Assembly (NCBI GenBank): GCA_965215365.1
Contig: CBDCDS010000003.1
Span: 1,472,001 to 1,536,000 of the forward strand
Origin: Gammaproteobacteria bacterium
GTDB taxonomy: Bacteria > Pseudomonadota > Gammaproteobacteria > Eutrophobiales > Eutrophobiaceae
Reading direction: 5' to 3'
Length of the DNA: 64,000 bases
Shown here: positions 12,776 through 20,961 of the stretch, piece by piece
Layout of the letters: the number at the start of each line of letters is the position of its first letter
How positions within the stretch are numbered: position 1 is the first letter of the stretch
The notes under the pieces: model-generated
What the model saw: only the letters and a program-made list of their open reading frames with translations
What the model was told of the DNA's origin: nothing
Database searches by the model: none
Translations under genes and position numbers: made by a program

Positions 12776-13726
12776 TCAACCGTAACCCTGTTCCCGGGCT
12801 TTCACCAGCCGGTACAGGGTTTCGTGGTACGGCGCCGGGGCGCCGGTTTTGTGCGCCTCGCGTACGATGGCGCCAGTGATCCAGTCTATCTCCGTCAGGC
12901 GTTTATTGCGTACGTCATCCAGCATGGAGGGAATATGGGCATAGTCCTCGCCACTGGTGGTGCCCTGGTTGACCGCCCTGACGTTCATTACCCAGGGGTC
13001 ATCCGCCAGCGTCACGCCGCGGGCTTTGGCGATACGCTTGGCTTCGTCCATCATGGCGCGCACCAGATGACCCAGATCCTCCAGCTTGTCCTGTACGGCA
13101 AACGCCCGGACATGTGGTAAGTCGGTGAGCGCCGAAATGCTGTTCACCGCCGAGTTGAAGATCAGTTTCGACCACTGGTGCGGCAGCAGGTCCTCGTAGG
13201 CCTCTGCCTTCAGACCGGAACGGATGAAGAGTTCTTCAACCTGCTTGACGTAGTCATAAGTAGCGCTGCCCCCCGCCCAGGGACCCATCCAGGTGGCCGT
13301 ATCCAGTTCGTACTCCACATGTGTGTCCGTGTGGCGGGTGCCACTCATGAAGGTGACGCCGGATATGAGCGGCCAGTCGCCGAACCGACTCACCACTTCC
13401 TCGCAGCCCAGGCCGTTCTGGATCATCAGTACGTGGGCGTTGGGGAAATGACCCTCGAGCAGCTGCGCGCAGGCTTCCACGTCCAGGGCCTTGCAGGCAA
13501 TGATAACCAGATCAACCTCGCCCAGCTGCGCGGCGTCTGTGGCGGCGCGCACGTTTACATGCAGTTCCGATTTGCCGCTGACTCGCAGACCCTCGTGATT
13601 TAATGCCTTGGCATGACCGTCCCGCCGTGCCAGCACCGCCAGGTCTGCGACGTTACCTAAGTGCCCCACCAGCAAACTGCCGATGGCGCCGGCGCCGACG
13701 ATGCATACTTTTTCGATTGCTTTCAT
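12776..13726 (-). CDS. Ketopantoate reductase (PanE/ApbA) family oxidoreductase
   Basis: GAGAIG Rossmann motif, IQNGLG, WSKLIFN, PSMLDD..TEIDWITG. Confidence 0.88.
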   Translation of the reverse strand: MKAIEKVCIVGAGAIGSLLVGHLGNVADLAVLARRDGHAKALNHEGLRVSGKSELHVNVRAATDAAQLGEVDLVIIACKALDVEACAQLLEGHFPNAHVLMIQNGLGCEEVVSRFGDWPLISGVTFMSGTRHTDTHVEYELDTATWMGPWAGGSATYDYVKQVEELFIRSGLKAEAYEDLLPHQWSKLIFNSAVNSISALTDLPHVRAFAVQDKLEDLGHLVRAMMDEAKRIAKARGVTLADDPWVMNVRAVNQGTTSGEDYAHIPSMLDDVRNKRLTEIDWITGAIVREAHKTGAPAPYHETLYRLVKAREQGYG

Positions 13727-13730
13727 TTAG

Positions 13731-13969
13731 CCCGCAGATCTCACCAAGTCGCTTGTTGCCTTGTGAAACATAATTGCTCTCAATAGGTTATGATAATGCT
13801 GCTACTCTTCTCACATAACACACTGCGCTTGATGCGCCCTCGCTGGTCCTGGTGCTGCCTGTGGGCACGTGCTTGTTCAACCATAGCTACCGCTATGCTT
13901 TCGGGCGCAGGCACCCGCCGGCAGCACCAATCCGGCGCGATCTTCGCATCACTTGGTGAGATATGCGGG
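13731..13969. mobile_element. 239-bp MITE copy 1
   Basis: Terminal inverted repeats CCCGCAGATCTCACCAAGT / ACTTGGTGAGATATGCGGG, TTAG on both flanks, near-identical to 15259-15497 and 39547-39785. Confidence 0.9.
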
Positions 13970-14011
13970 TTAGTAGTTGTCCGCAGCTACCGCAGTCTGC
14001 GGCGGCGGCGA

Positions 14012-15211
14012 TTATACCACCCGTGCGACAATATCCTTGAACTCCTCGTCAGTCACCAGGCGGGCGTTGCGGACGCCGAGGTCTTTCACCGCCGCCAGCA
14101 CGCCGGCACGCTTGTCTTCCGGTATGTCCAGCCCCAGTTCCTCGCCCTTGAGCCTGACGTTGGACAGCCCGCTCTTCTTGCCCAGTACGATGCGGCGCTC
14201 GGCATCCACAATCTCCGCTGAGTACGGTTCGATGGCCTGCGGAATGTGGAACTGGTTTGCCACCGCGCCGCTCTCGCGGGTGTAAAGGAACTCCCCGACT
14301 ACGGGTTTCCAGCCGTCCACACGGTAACCACCGGCTTGTTGCACCACCTTCGAGGTCTCTCTGGCGCGGGTCAGGTCCAGTTCCACCGGCATGTCGTACA
14401 GGCATTGCAGCGCCAGTGCCACTTCGCAAATATCTGCATTGCCGGCGCGCTCGCCCATGCCGTTGATGGTACCCTGGATCCAGCGGGCGCCGCCACGCAC
14501 CGCCGCCACCGCCGCGGCAGTCGCCATGCCAAAATCATTATGGCCGTGCCAATGGATGGGGATGTCAGGCCCCACCCAACCGCTCACCTCGCCAATCAAC
14601 TGCTCCACCGCTTCCGGGGAACATACGCCGATGGTATCGACCACAGACACCTCATCGGCGCCCTGCTCGATGGCCGTTGAATACACGTCACGCAGGAAAC
14701 CCAGGTCGCTACGGGTCGAATCCACGGCAAAGAAGTTCACGGTCTTAATCCCGTTATCCTTGGCATGACGGATGGCGTCGGTCACGCGCTGCAAAACGAT
14801 GTCCCGGGTAAAACCGTAGGCCTTGATCTTCATGTCGCTGGTCGAAATCTCGATCAGGACATGCTCCGTACCCAGCTCGATATGGGCATCAATATCCGCC
14901 GTCACGGCCCGGGAAAACCCCCAGATCTGCGCGCGCAGTCCCGCGTCCAGAATACGCCTGACCGCCACGGTATCATCGGCAGAAACCCGAGGAAACCCCG
15001 ACTCAATCCTGCTCACACCCAGGTCACTGAGCCGGCAGGCAATATCGAACTTCTCCTCAGGGGTAAAACAGACACCAACGGACTGCTCGCCATCGCGCAA
15101 TGTCGTATCGTAAAAACGCACCGGCGTGGAGCGGTCAAAGCGGGACAGAATGTCATCTGTCCGGTTCAGGTCGCTGGTCCAGATCTTGTCGGGGGAAATG
15201 TTTTTGCTCAT
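14012..15211 (-). CDS. Homocitrate/isopropylmalate synthase family (DRE-TIM) acyl-CoA condensing enzyme without LeuA regulatory domain
   Basis: DTTLRDGEQ, HGHNDFGMA, GMGERAGN, LGKKSG; about 400 aa. Confidence 0.88.
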   Translation of the reverse strand: MSKNISPDKIWTSDLNRTDDILSRFDRSTPVRFYDTTLRDGEQSVGVCFTPEEKFDIACRLSDLGVSRIESGFPRVSADDTVAVRRILDAGLRAQIWGFSRAVTADIDAHIELGTEHVLIEISTSDMKIKAYGFTRDIVLQRVTDAIRHAKDNGIKTVNFFAVDSTRSDLGFLRDVYSTAIEQGADEVSVVDTIGVCSPEAVEQLIGEVSGWVGPDIPIHWHGHNDFGMATAAAVAAVRGGARWIQGTINGMGERAGNADICEVALALQCLYDMPVELDLTRARETSKVVQQAGGYRVDGWKPVVGEFLYTRESGAVANQFHIPQAIEPYSAEIVDAERRIVLGKKSGLSNVRLKGEELGLDIPEDKRAGVLAAVKDLGVRNARLVTDEEFKDIVARVV

Positions 15212-15258
15212 AATTATGCACTGATTCAATAGTGTTAAATTTTTAACGGTGTCTTTAA

Positions 15259-15497
15259 CCCGCGGATCTCACCAAGTCGCTTGCTGCCTTACGCAACATG
15301 ATTGCTCTCAATAAGCTATGATAATACTGTTGCTCTTTCCACATAACACACTGCGCTTGATGCGCCCTCGCTGGTCCTGGTTCTGCCTGCGGGCATGTGC
15401 TTGTTCAACCATAGCTACCGTTATGGTTTCGGTCGCAGGCACCCGCAGGCAGAACTAATCCAGCGCGATCTTCGCATCACCGGGTGAGATATGCGGG
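15259..15497. mobile_element. 239-bp MITE copy 2
   Basis: Same terminal repeats and interior, TTAA on both flanks. Confidence 0.9.
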
Positions 15498-15571
15498 TTA
15501 ATTCTTCGCCTGGATGCACAGGATAAACAGGATTTTTTAATGAATAATCTGTCCATGTACAGCCATGTCAA

Positions 15572-16438
15572 TTACCTGCTGAACCACTCATACAACTCAT
15601 CGGCCGTGGCAAACCATACGTCGTCCCGCGCCAGAATATAATCCAGCACCTCCTCGAAATACTTTATCCGGTGCGGCACCCCCATGATATAAGGATGCAC
15701 GCCCAATGACATGACCCGGGGCTGCTTTGCGCCCTCCTCGTAGAGCCGATCGAACTGGTCCATGGCACGTTGCAGCCATACGTCCGAGGTGTGCGCATGC
15801 ACGACCATCATCGGCAGGTCGCTGAGTTCAAAGGAATACGGCATGGCCATGATCGGCCCGGTCGCGGTTTTCATGGTCACAGGGTGTTCGTCCATAGGCC
15901 AGTCGCAAACGAATTTGAACCCGACTGCGGCGAGGTGATCCAGGGTATCTAAGGTCTCTTGCAGGCCCGGCCCCAGCCAGCCCTTGGGCGCCTTGCCGGT
16001 GTAATCCCTGATTATGGCGAAGGACTTGTGCGCCACCTCCGCCTGATCCTCGACAATGTGCATAGGCGTCTGGGCATAACCATGCCCCATGAAATCGCAG
16101 CCGGCTTCCCGCAGGGCCCGGGCTACCGGCTCGCCGGCAGTCTCGCACACCCGGGCATTGATGGCGATGTTGGCTTTCAGGTCGCGCGCCGTCAGCGCCT
16201 CCATGATGCGCCAGATTCCGACCCGCATACCGTACTCATGCCAGGACCAGTTAGGCACGTTGGGCACGGTAACCACCCCCGCGGGCGCGGTCACGTACTC
16301 CCTGGCAACAGGCTTTTCGATATTCCATTCCTCAATATTGACGATCATGTACACCGCAATACGGGCGCCGTCCGGCAGCTGCAAGGGTTCCCGCTGCGGC
16401 ATGGCGGAATAATCAAATCGTTTGTGAGGCAATTTCAT
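15572..16438 (-). CDS. Polysaccharide deacetylase-fold (CE4, PuuE-like) amidohydrolase
   Basis: WHEYGMRVGIWR, GHGY, GWLGPGL, LGVHPYIMG. Confidence 0.85.
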   Translation of the reverse strand: MKLPHKRFDYSAMPQREPLQLPDGARIAVYMIVNIEEWNIEKPVAREYVTAPAGVVTVPNVPNWSWHEYGMRVGIWRIMEALTARDLKANIAINARVCETAGEPVARALREAGCDFMGHGYAQTPMHIVEDQAEVAHKSFAIIRDYTGKAPKGWLGPGLQETLDTLDHLAAVGFKFVCDWPMDEHPVTMKTATGPIMAMPYSFELSDLPMMVVHAHTSDVWLQRAMDQFDRLYEEGAKQPRVMSLGVHPYIMGVPHRIKYFEEVLDYILARDDVWFATADELYEWFSR

Positions 16439-16489
16439 CAGGGCATTTTAACCCTGAAACGGATAAACTGCTATCAGGAACCTTAAAAA

Positions 16490-17968
16490 ATGCCAATGTC
16501 CCCACCACAACCCCCTTCACAGGTTGGCTATACCAACTTCATCGCCGAGGCCGGTGCCTGGAGCGAAGCTCAAGCCGAACGTGCCGGGCAATTACCGGAA
16601 CTGCTTAACGAAAAAAACATCAGCACAGTCCGTGTCGTTTACAGCGATCAACATGGCCTGATGCGCGGCAAGGCGTTAAGTACGGAAAACTTCCTGCTGG
16701 CTTTGAACAACGGCGTCACCGAAACCGTGGCCAACTTAGGAAAAGACACAGCAAATTTCCCGGTCGTCCCGCTGTTCGACCGGGATGGCGGCTTCGGCCT
16801 TGAGCAAATGGGCGGCGTCGGCGATATGCTGCTGGTCCCGGACCCGCTGACAATGAAAATTCTGCCCTGGGCGCCGGATACGGCCTGGGTCATTTCCGAT
16901 CTCTATCTGAAAGATCGCACCCGCTGCCCGTTCGACTGTCGGCAGCTCATGCGTGACGCGCTGGCCGCGCTGCAAGAACAGGCGCTTGATTACATCGCCG
17001 GTCTGGAACTGGAGTTCTACGTGTTCAACATAGAGGACGAGAAACTGTCGCTGCGCGACTCCGGCCAGCCGCCCACCCCGCCGACCGTGAAGGCGCTCAG
17101 CCATGGCTTTCAGTACCACGCCGAGCGCCACCTGGGCCAGGCCGCGCCCGTGGCCGACATGATCCGTGACCTGGTCATCGGTCTGGAACTGCCGTTGCGC
17201 ACCATTGAGGCCGAATGGGGGCCGGGCCAGTTCGAGGTGACATTCAACCCCCTGGACGGCCTCGCCGCGGCCGATTCCCTGCTGCTGTTCCGCAGCGCGG
17301 TCAAACACCTGATGCGGCGTCACGGTCTGCTTGCCAGCTTCATGGCAAAACCGGCCCTGCCCAACGTCTATTCCAGCGGGTGGCACCTGCACCAGTCACT
17401 ACGGCACAGGGAAACCGGAGCCAATGCGCTCATCGACAACGAAAACCTGTTAAGCAAAACCGGCTACCACTACCTCGGTGGTCTGCTGCAACATAGCGCA
17501 GCCCTGACCGCCTTCTCCAACCCCACCATCAACGGCTACAAACGTCTCAACGCCAACCTCCTGGCCCCAAACCGAATTCTCTGGGCGCATGACAACCGCG
17601 GCGCGCTGCTGCGACTGGTGGGTGGATACACCGAACCGGGAACACGCATCGAGAATCGCGCCGGCGAACCCTCGGCCAATCCGTACCTGTACATGGCCTC
17701 ACAGATATACGCCGGACTGGATGGACTGCGGAACAAAACAGACCCGGGCGAGCCGGTGCGAGCTGACCCCTACCAACAGACCAACAGGCCGGCTATGCCG
17801 AGATCGCTGATGCAAGCAGTCGCAGCGTTGGATGGGTCAACAGTATTGAGGGCCGGGTTCGGAGATCGGTTTGTCGATCATTTCCTGCTCATTAAGCAGG
17901 CGGAGATCGAGCGATTTCTGGCGCATGTTACGGATTGGGAACACAGGGAGTATTTTGAGATGTTTTGA
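16490..17968 (+). CDS. Glutamine synthetase-like gamma-glutamyl-amine ligase (TdnQ/AtdA1-like)
   Basis: DQHGLMRGK, GLELEF, EWGPGQFE, SGWHLHQS, RIENR, VTDWEHREYFEMF; GYEAP flap replaced by NLLAP. Confidence 0.85.
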   Translation: MPMSPPQPPSQVGYTNFIAEAGAWSEAQAERAGQLPELLNEKNISTVRVVYSDQHGLMRGKALSTENFLLALNNGVTETVANLGKDTANFPVVPLFDRDGGFGLEQMGGVGDMLLVPDPLTMKILPWAPDTAWVISDLYLKDRTRCPFDCRQLMRDALAALQEQALDYIAGLELEFYVFNIEDEKLSLRDSGQPPTPPTVKALSHGFQYHAERHLGQAAPVADMIRDLVIGLELPLRTIEAEWGPGQFEVTFNPLDGLAAADSLLLFRSAVKHLMRRHGLLASFMAKPALPNVYSSGWHLHQSLRHRETGANALIDNENLLSKTGYHYLGGLLQHSAALTAFSNPTINGYKRLNANLLAPNRILWAHDNRGALLRLVGGYTEPGTRIENRAGEPSANPYLYMASQIYAGLDGLRNKTDPGEPVRADPYQQTNRPAMPRSLMQAVAALDGSTVLRAGFGDRFVDHFLLIKQAEIERFLAHVTDWEHREYFEMF

Positions 17969-17983
17969 TGGGTTAAGGAGCCT

Positions 17984-18874
17984 CTAACTTTTGGGAACTT
18001 TATCTTGTATATCTTGTATATCCCTGTTAAACAAAACAAAAACACCTTCCCCGCCATGCTCAAAGTCGATCCAGATAAAAGGAACGCGAGGGTATTTCGC
18101 CTCCAGCCCCGCACGGGTGTTGCCGACTTCCACTACCAGGATACCGTGCTGCGTTAAATGCCTGTGGGCATCGAGTAAAATGCCATCGACCAGGTCCAGG
18201 CCAGCAACTCCCGCAGCCAGGGCCCGGGATGGCTCATGCCGGTACTCAGCCGGCAGGGTCGCCATTTCTGCAGCGCTGACGTAGGGCGGATTGCTGACGA
18301 TAATATCATATTTCCGATCTTCCAGGGCGTTGAACAAATCTGCTTCGATCAGGTTGACCCGCGCCGTCAGTTCGTGTCGCTGACAGTTGCTGCGGGCGAC
18401 TGCCAGTGCCTCGGGGTCAATATCCGTGGCGTCAATCACCGCACTGGGGAATGCCATGGCACAGACGATGGCAATGCAACCACTACCTGTGCCCAGATCC
18501 AGGATACGTGTGACCTCGGCGGGTTTAATCCAGGGGGAGAACCGGTCACGGATCAGCTCCGCAAGCGGTGAACGGGGCACCAGCACGCGCTCATCCACGT
18601 ATAGCGGCAGGCCGGCAAACCAGGCCTGATTGAGCAGGTAGGCAACGGGTTTTCGAGTACTGATCCTGCGCGCAGCCAGTGCCCGGATAAGTGCCTCTTC
18701 AGCAGCGGTGACGTTCGTATGCAACTGTTCATGGCTTAAATCAAACGGCAGCGCCAGTGCGCCTAGCACCAGGTAGGCAGCCTCATCCAAGGCATTGTCA
18801 GTCCCATGACCGTAACATAGGTCGGCGCCGTTGAACTGCTGCTCGACCCAGTGAATAAGTTGTTCGAGGTAAAT
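17984..18874 (-). CDS. prmB: Ribosomal protein L3 glutamine methyltransferase (start uncertain, possibly ATT at 18874)
   Basis: YGHGTDNALDEA, DERVLVPRSP, LDLGTGSGCIA, SNPPYV, VVEVGN; the frame stays open upstream of the TTG at 18790. Confidence 0.92.
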   Translation of the reverse strand: MYLEQLIHWVEQQFNGADLCYGHGTDNALDEAAYLVLGALALPFDLSHEQLHTNVTAAEEALIRALAARRISTRKPVAYLLNQAWFAGLPLYVDERVLVPRSPLAELIRDRFSPWIKPAEVTRILDLGTGSGCIAIVCAMAFPSAVIDATDIDPEALAVARSNCQRHELTARVNLIEADLFNALEDRKYDIIVSNPPYVSAAEMATLPAEYRHEPSRALAAGVAGLDLVDGILLDAHRHLTQHGILVVEVGNTRAGLEAKYPRVPFIWIDFEHGGEGVFVLFNRDIQDIQDKVPKS

Positions 18875-18965
18875 TGCCTTACCCTTTTGTCAACATGTAC
18901 TCACGCGGGGAACAATCGTAGTGTTGCCGGAACTTTTGGTAGAAATACGGCAGGCTACCGTTTCA

Positions 18966-20858
18966 CTATTTTAGTTCCAGAAAAATGCTGTTAAGCCGGT
19001 GCACAAACCCTGCCGGGTCTTGCAGTTGACCGCCTTCGCTGAGCAGGGCTTGTTCGAACAGGATGTTGGCCCAGTCGGCAAAGCGATTGGCGTCTTCCTC
19101 GTCTTGTAACTTGCCGACCAGAGGATGGCTCGGGTTGATTTCCAGGATGGGCTTGGCGGCGTTAATCTGCTGGCCTGAGGCCTTGAGAATCTGCTCCAGG
19201 TGGCGACCCATGCCGTGTTCGTCGGCAACCAGACAGGCGGGGGACTCGGTCAGGCGCCGGGTGACGCGTACTTCCTGCACCTGTTCATCCAGTATTTTTG
19301 CTATGCGTTGGGTCAGTTCATCCAGTTTTTTATCATCAGCCTGTTCAGCTTCAGGCTCGTCTTTCTCCTCATCCGAATCACCTAGGTCACCCAGGTCCAA
19401 TTCGCCCTTGCTCACCGAAGTCAACGGCTTATCCTGGTATTCGGTCAGGTGAGTGACCAGCCATTCGTCCACCGGGTCGGTCAGCAGCAGCACCTCTATG
19501 CCTTTTTTACGGAATATTTCCAGGTGCGGACTGTTTTTTGCCGTGGCGTAATTTTCCGCAGTCACGTAGTAGATGGCTTTCTGCCCCTCTTTCATGCGCG
19601 CCAGATACTCATCCAGCGCCACGGTTTCGTCCTCAGTGTCTTCATGGGTGGACTTGAAGCGGAACAGTTTTCCCAGGTCCTCGCGCTGCTCCGGGGCCTC
19701 GATGACGCCTTCCTTGAGCACCCGGCCGAAGGTCTGCCAGAACTGCTGGTATTGGTCCGGTTCCTTCTGCGCCATTTTTTTCAGCAAGGCCAATATCTTT
19801 TTGGTGCTGGCCGCGCGGATGGTTTCAATGACCTTGTTATGTTGCAATATCTCCCTGGAGATGTTCAACGGCAGGTCAGCGGAATCCACCACGCCCTTGA
19901 CGAAGCGCAGGTAGGACGGCAATAACTGTTTGGCGTCGTCCATGATGAACACCCGCTTCACGTACAGTTTTACACCATGGCGCTGTTCCCGGTCCCACAG
20001 GTCGAACGGGGCGCGGGCGGGTATGAATAACAGGCTGGTGTATTCCAGCTTGCCTTCCACCTTGTTATGGAGGTGGCACAGCGGGTCTTCAAAATCGTGC
20101 GCGATGGCCTTGTAGAACTCGTTATAGTCTTCCTGCTTGAGGTCTTTCCGGTTGCGCGTCCACAGCGCCGTGGCGGTGTTGACGGTATCCTCGCCTTGCT
20201 CATCCTTGCCCTCTTTGGGCATGATGATGGGTAGGGAGATATGGTCCGAGTACTTGCTGATAATCGTGCGCAAGCGGTAGCCGTCGAGGAACTCCTTGGC
20301 CTCCTTGCGCAGATACAGGATGACCTTGCTGCCGCGCCGGGGTCGGTCCACGGTCTCCACGCTGTAGTCGCTCTTGCCGTCGGATACCCAGCGCACGCCC
20401 TGCGCACGTGGCAGGCCGGCGCGGCGCGTCACTACTTCCACCTTTTCGGCGACGATGAACGAGGAATAAAACCCGACGCCGAACTGGCCGATCAGTTGTG
20501 AGTCCTTGCTCTGATCGCCGGTGAGCGAGGCAAAGAACTGTTTGGTGCCGGATTTGGCGATGGTGCCCAGGTTGTCGATCACTTCCTGCCTGGACATACC
20601 GATGCCGTTGTCGATGACGGTCACGGTCTTCTGGCGTTTGTTGTACTCCACCCGGATGTTCAGTTCCGGGTCATCCTCGAACAGGCTGTCGTCCTGCAAG
20701 CCTTCAAAGCGCAGCCGGTCGGCGGCGTCCGAGGCATTGGAGATCAGCTCACGCAGGAAAATTTCCTGGTTGCTGTACAAGGAATGGATCATCAGGTCCA
20801 GCAATTGCTGGACTTCTGTCTGAAAACCCAGCGATTCTTTTTGTGTATCCGCAGTCAT
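18966..20858 (-). CDS. htpG: Hsp90 chaperone HtpG
   Basis: FLRELISNASDA, IGQFGVGFYS, LEINPSHPL; ATG at 20858. Confidence 0.98.
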   Translation of the reverse strand: MTADTQKESLGFQTEVQQLLDLMIHSLYSNQEIFLRELISNASDAADRLRFEGLQDDSLFEDDPELNIRVEYNKRQKTVTVIDNGIGMSRQEVIDNLGTIAKSGTKQFFASLTGDQSKDSQLIGQFGVGFYSSFIVAEKVEVVTRRAGLPRAQGVRWVSDGKSDYSVETVDRPRRGSKVILYLRKEAKEFLDGYRLRTIISKYSDHISLPIIMPKEGKDEQGEDTVNTATALWTRNRKDLKQEDYNEFYKAIAHDFEDPLCHLHNKVEGKLEYTSLLFIPARAPFDLWDREQRHGVKLYVKRVFIMDDAKQLLPSYLRFVKGVVDSADLPLNISREILQHNKVIETIRAASTKKILALLKKMAQKEPDQYQQFWQTFGRVLKEGVIEAPEQREDLGKLFRFKSTHEDTEDETVALDEYLARMKEGQKAIYYVTAENYATAKNSPHLEIFRKKGIEVLLLTDPVDEWLVTHLTEYQDKPLTSVSKGELDLGDLGDSDEEKDEPEAEQADDKKLDELTQRIAKILDEQVQEVRVTRRLTESPACLVADEHGMGRHLEQILKASGQQINAAKPILEINPSHPLVGKLQDEEDANRFADWANILFEQALLSEGGQLQDPAGFVHRLNSIFLELK

Positions 20859-20895
20859 GGTATCCCCGTCATCAGTCAAAATACGCAACTGCACA

Positions 20896-20924
20896 ATTTG
20901 GGGGCGCGCAAAATAAATTTCAAG
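20896..20924 (-). promoter_or_regulatory. Sigma-32 heat-shock promoter of htpG
   Basis: Minus strand CTTGAAA-N14-CCCCAAAT, close to the RpoH consensus, 37 nt upstream of htpG. Confidence 0.8.
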
Positions 20925-20961
20925 CCTTGAAGTCCACGCCCTTTGTAAGCAGAATAGACTG

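Noticed and set aside
13790-14221. ORFs reading through the MITE (also 39596-39850 and 39606-39842)
   Set aside because: They are translations of the repeat, have no transposase motifs and differ in extent between copies
14012-15211. Assigning leuA or nifV
   Set aside because: No regulatory domain and no leu or nif neighbours; the substrate cannot be read from the sequence
16490-17968. Assigning glnA
   Set aside because: Lacks the DGSS and GYEAP ammonia-site motifs of true GSI
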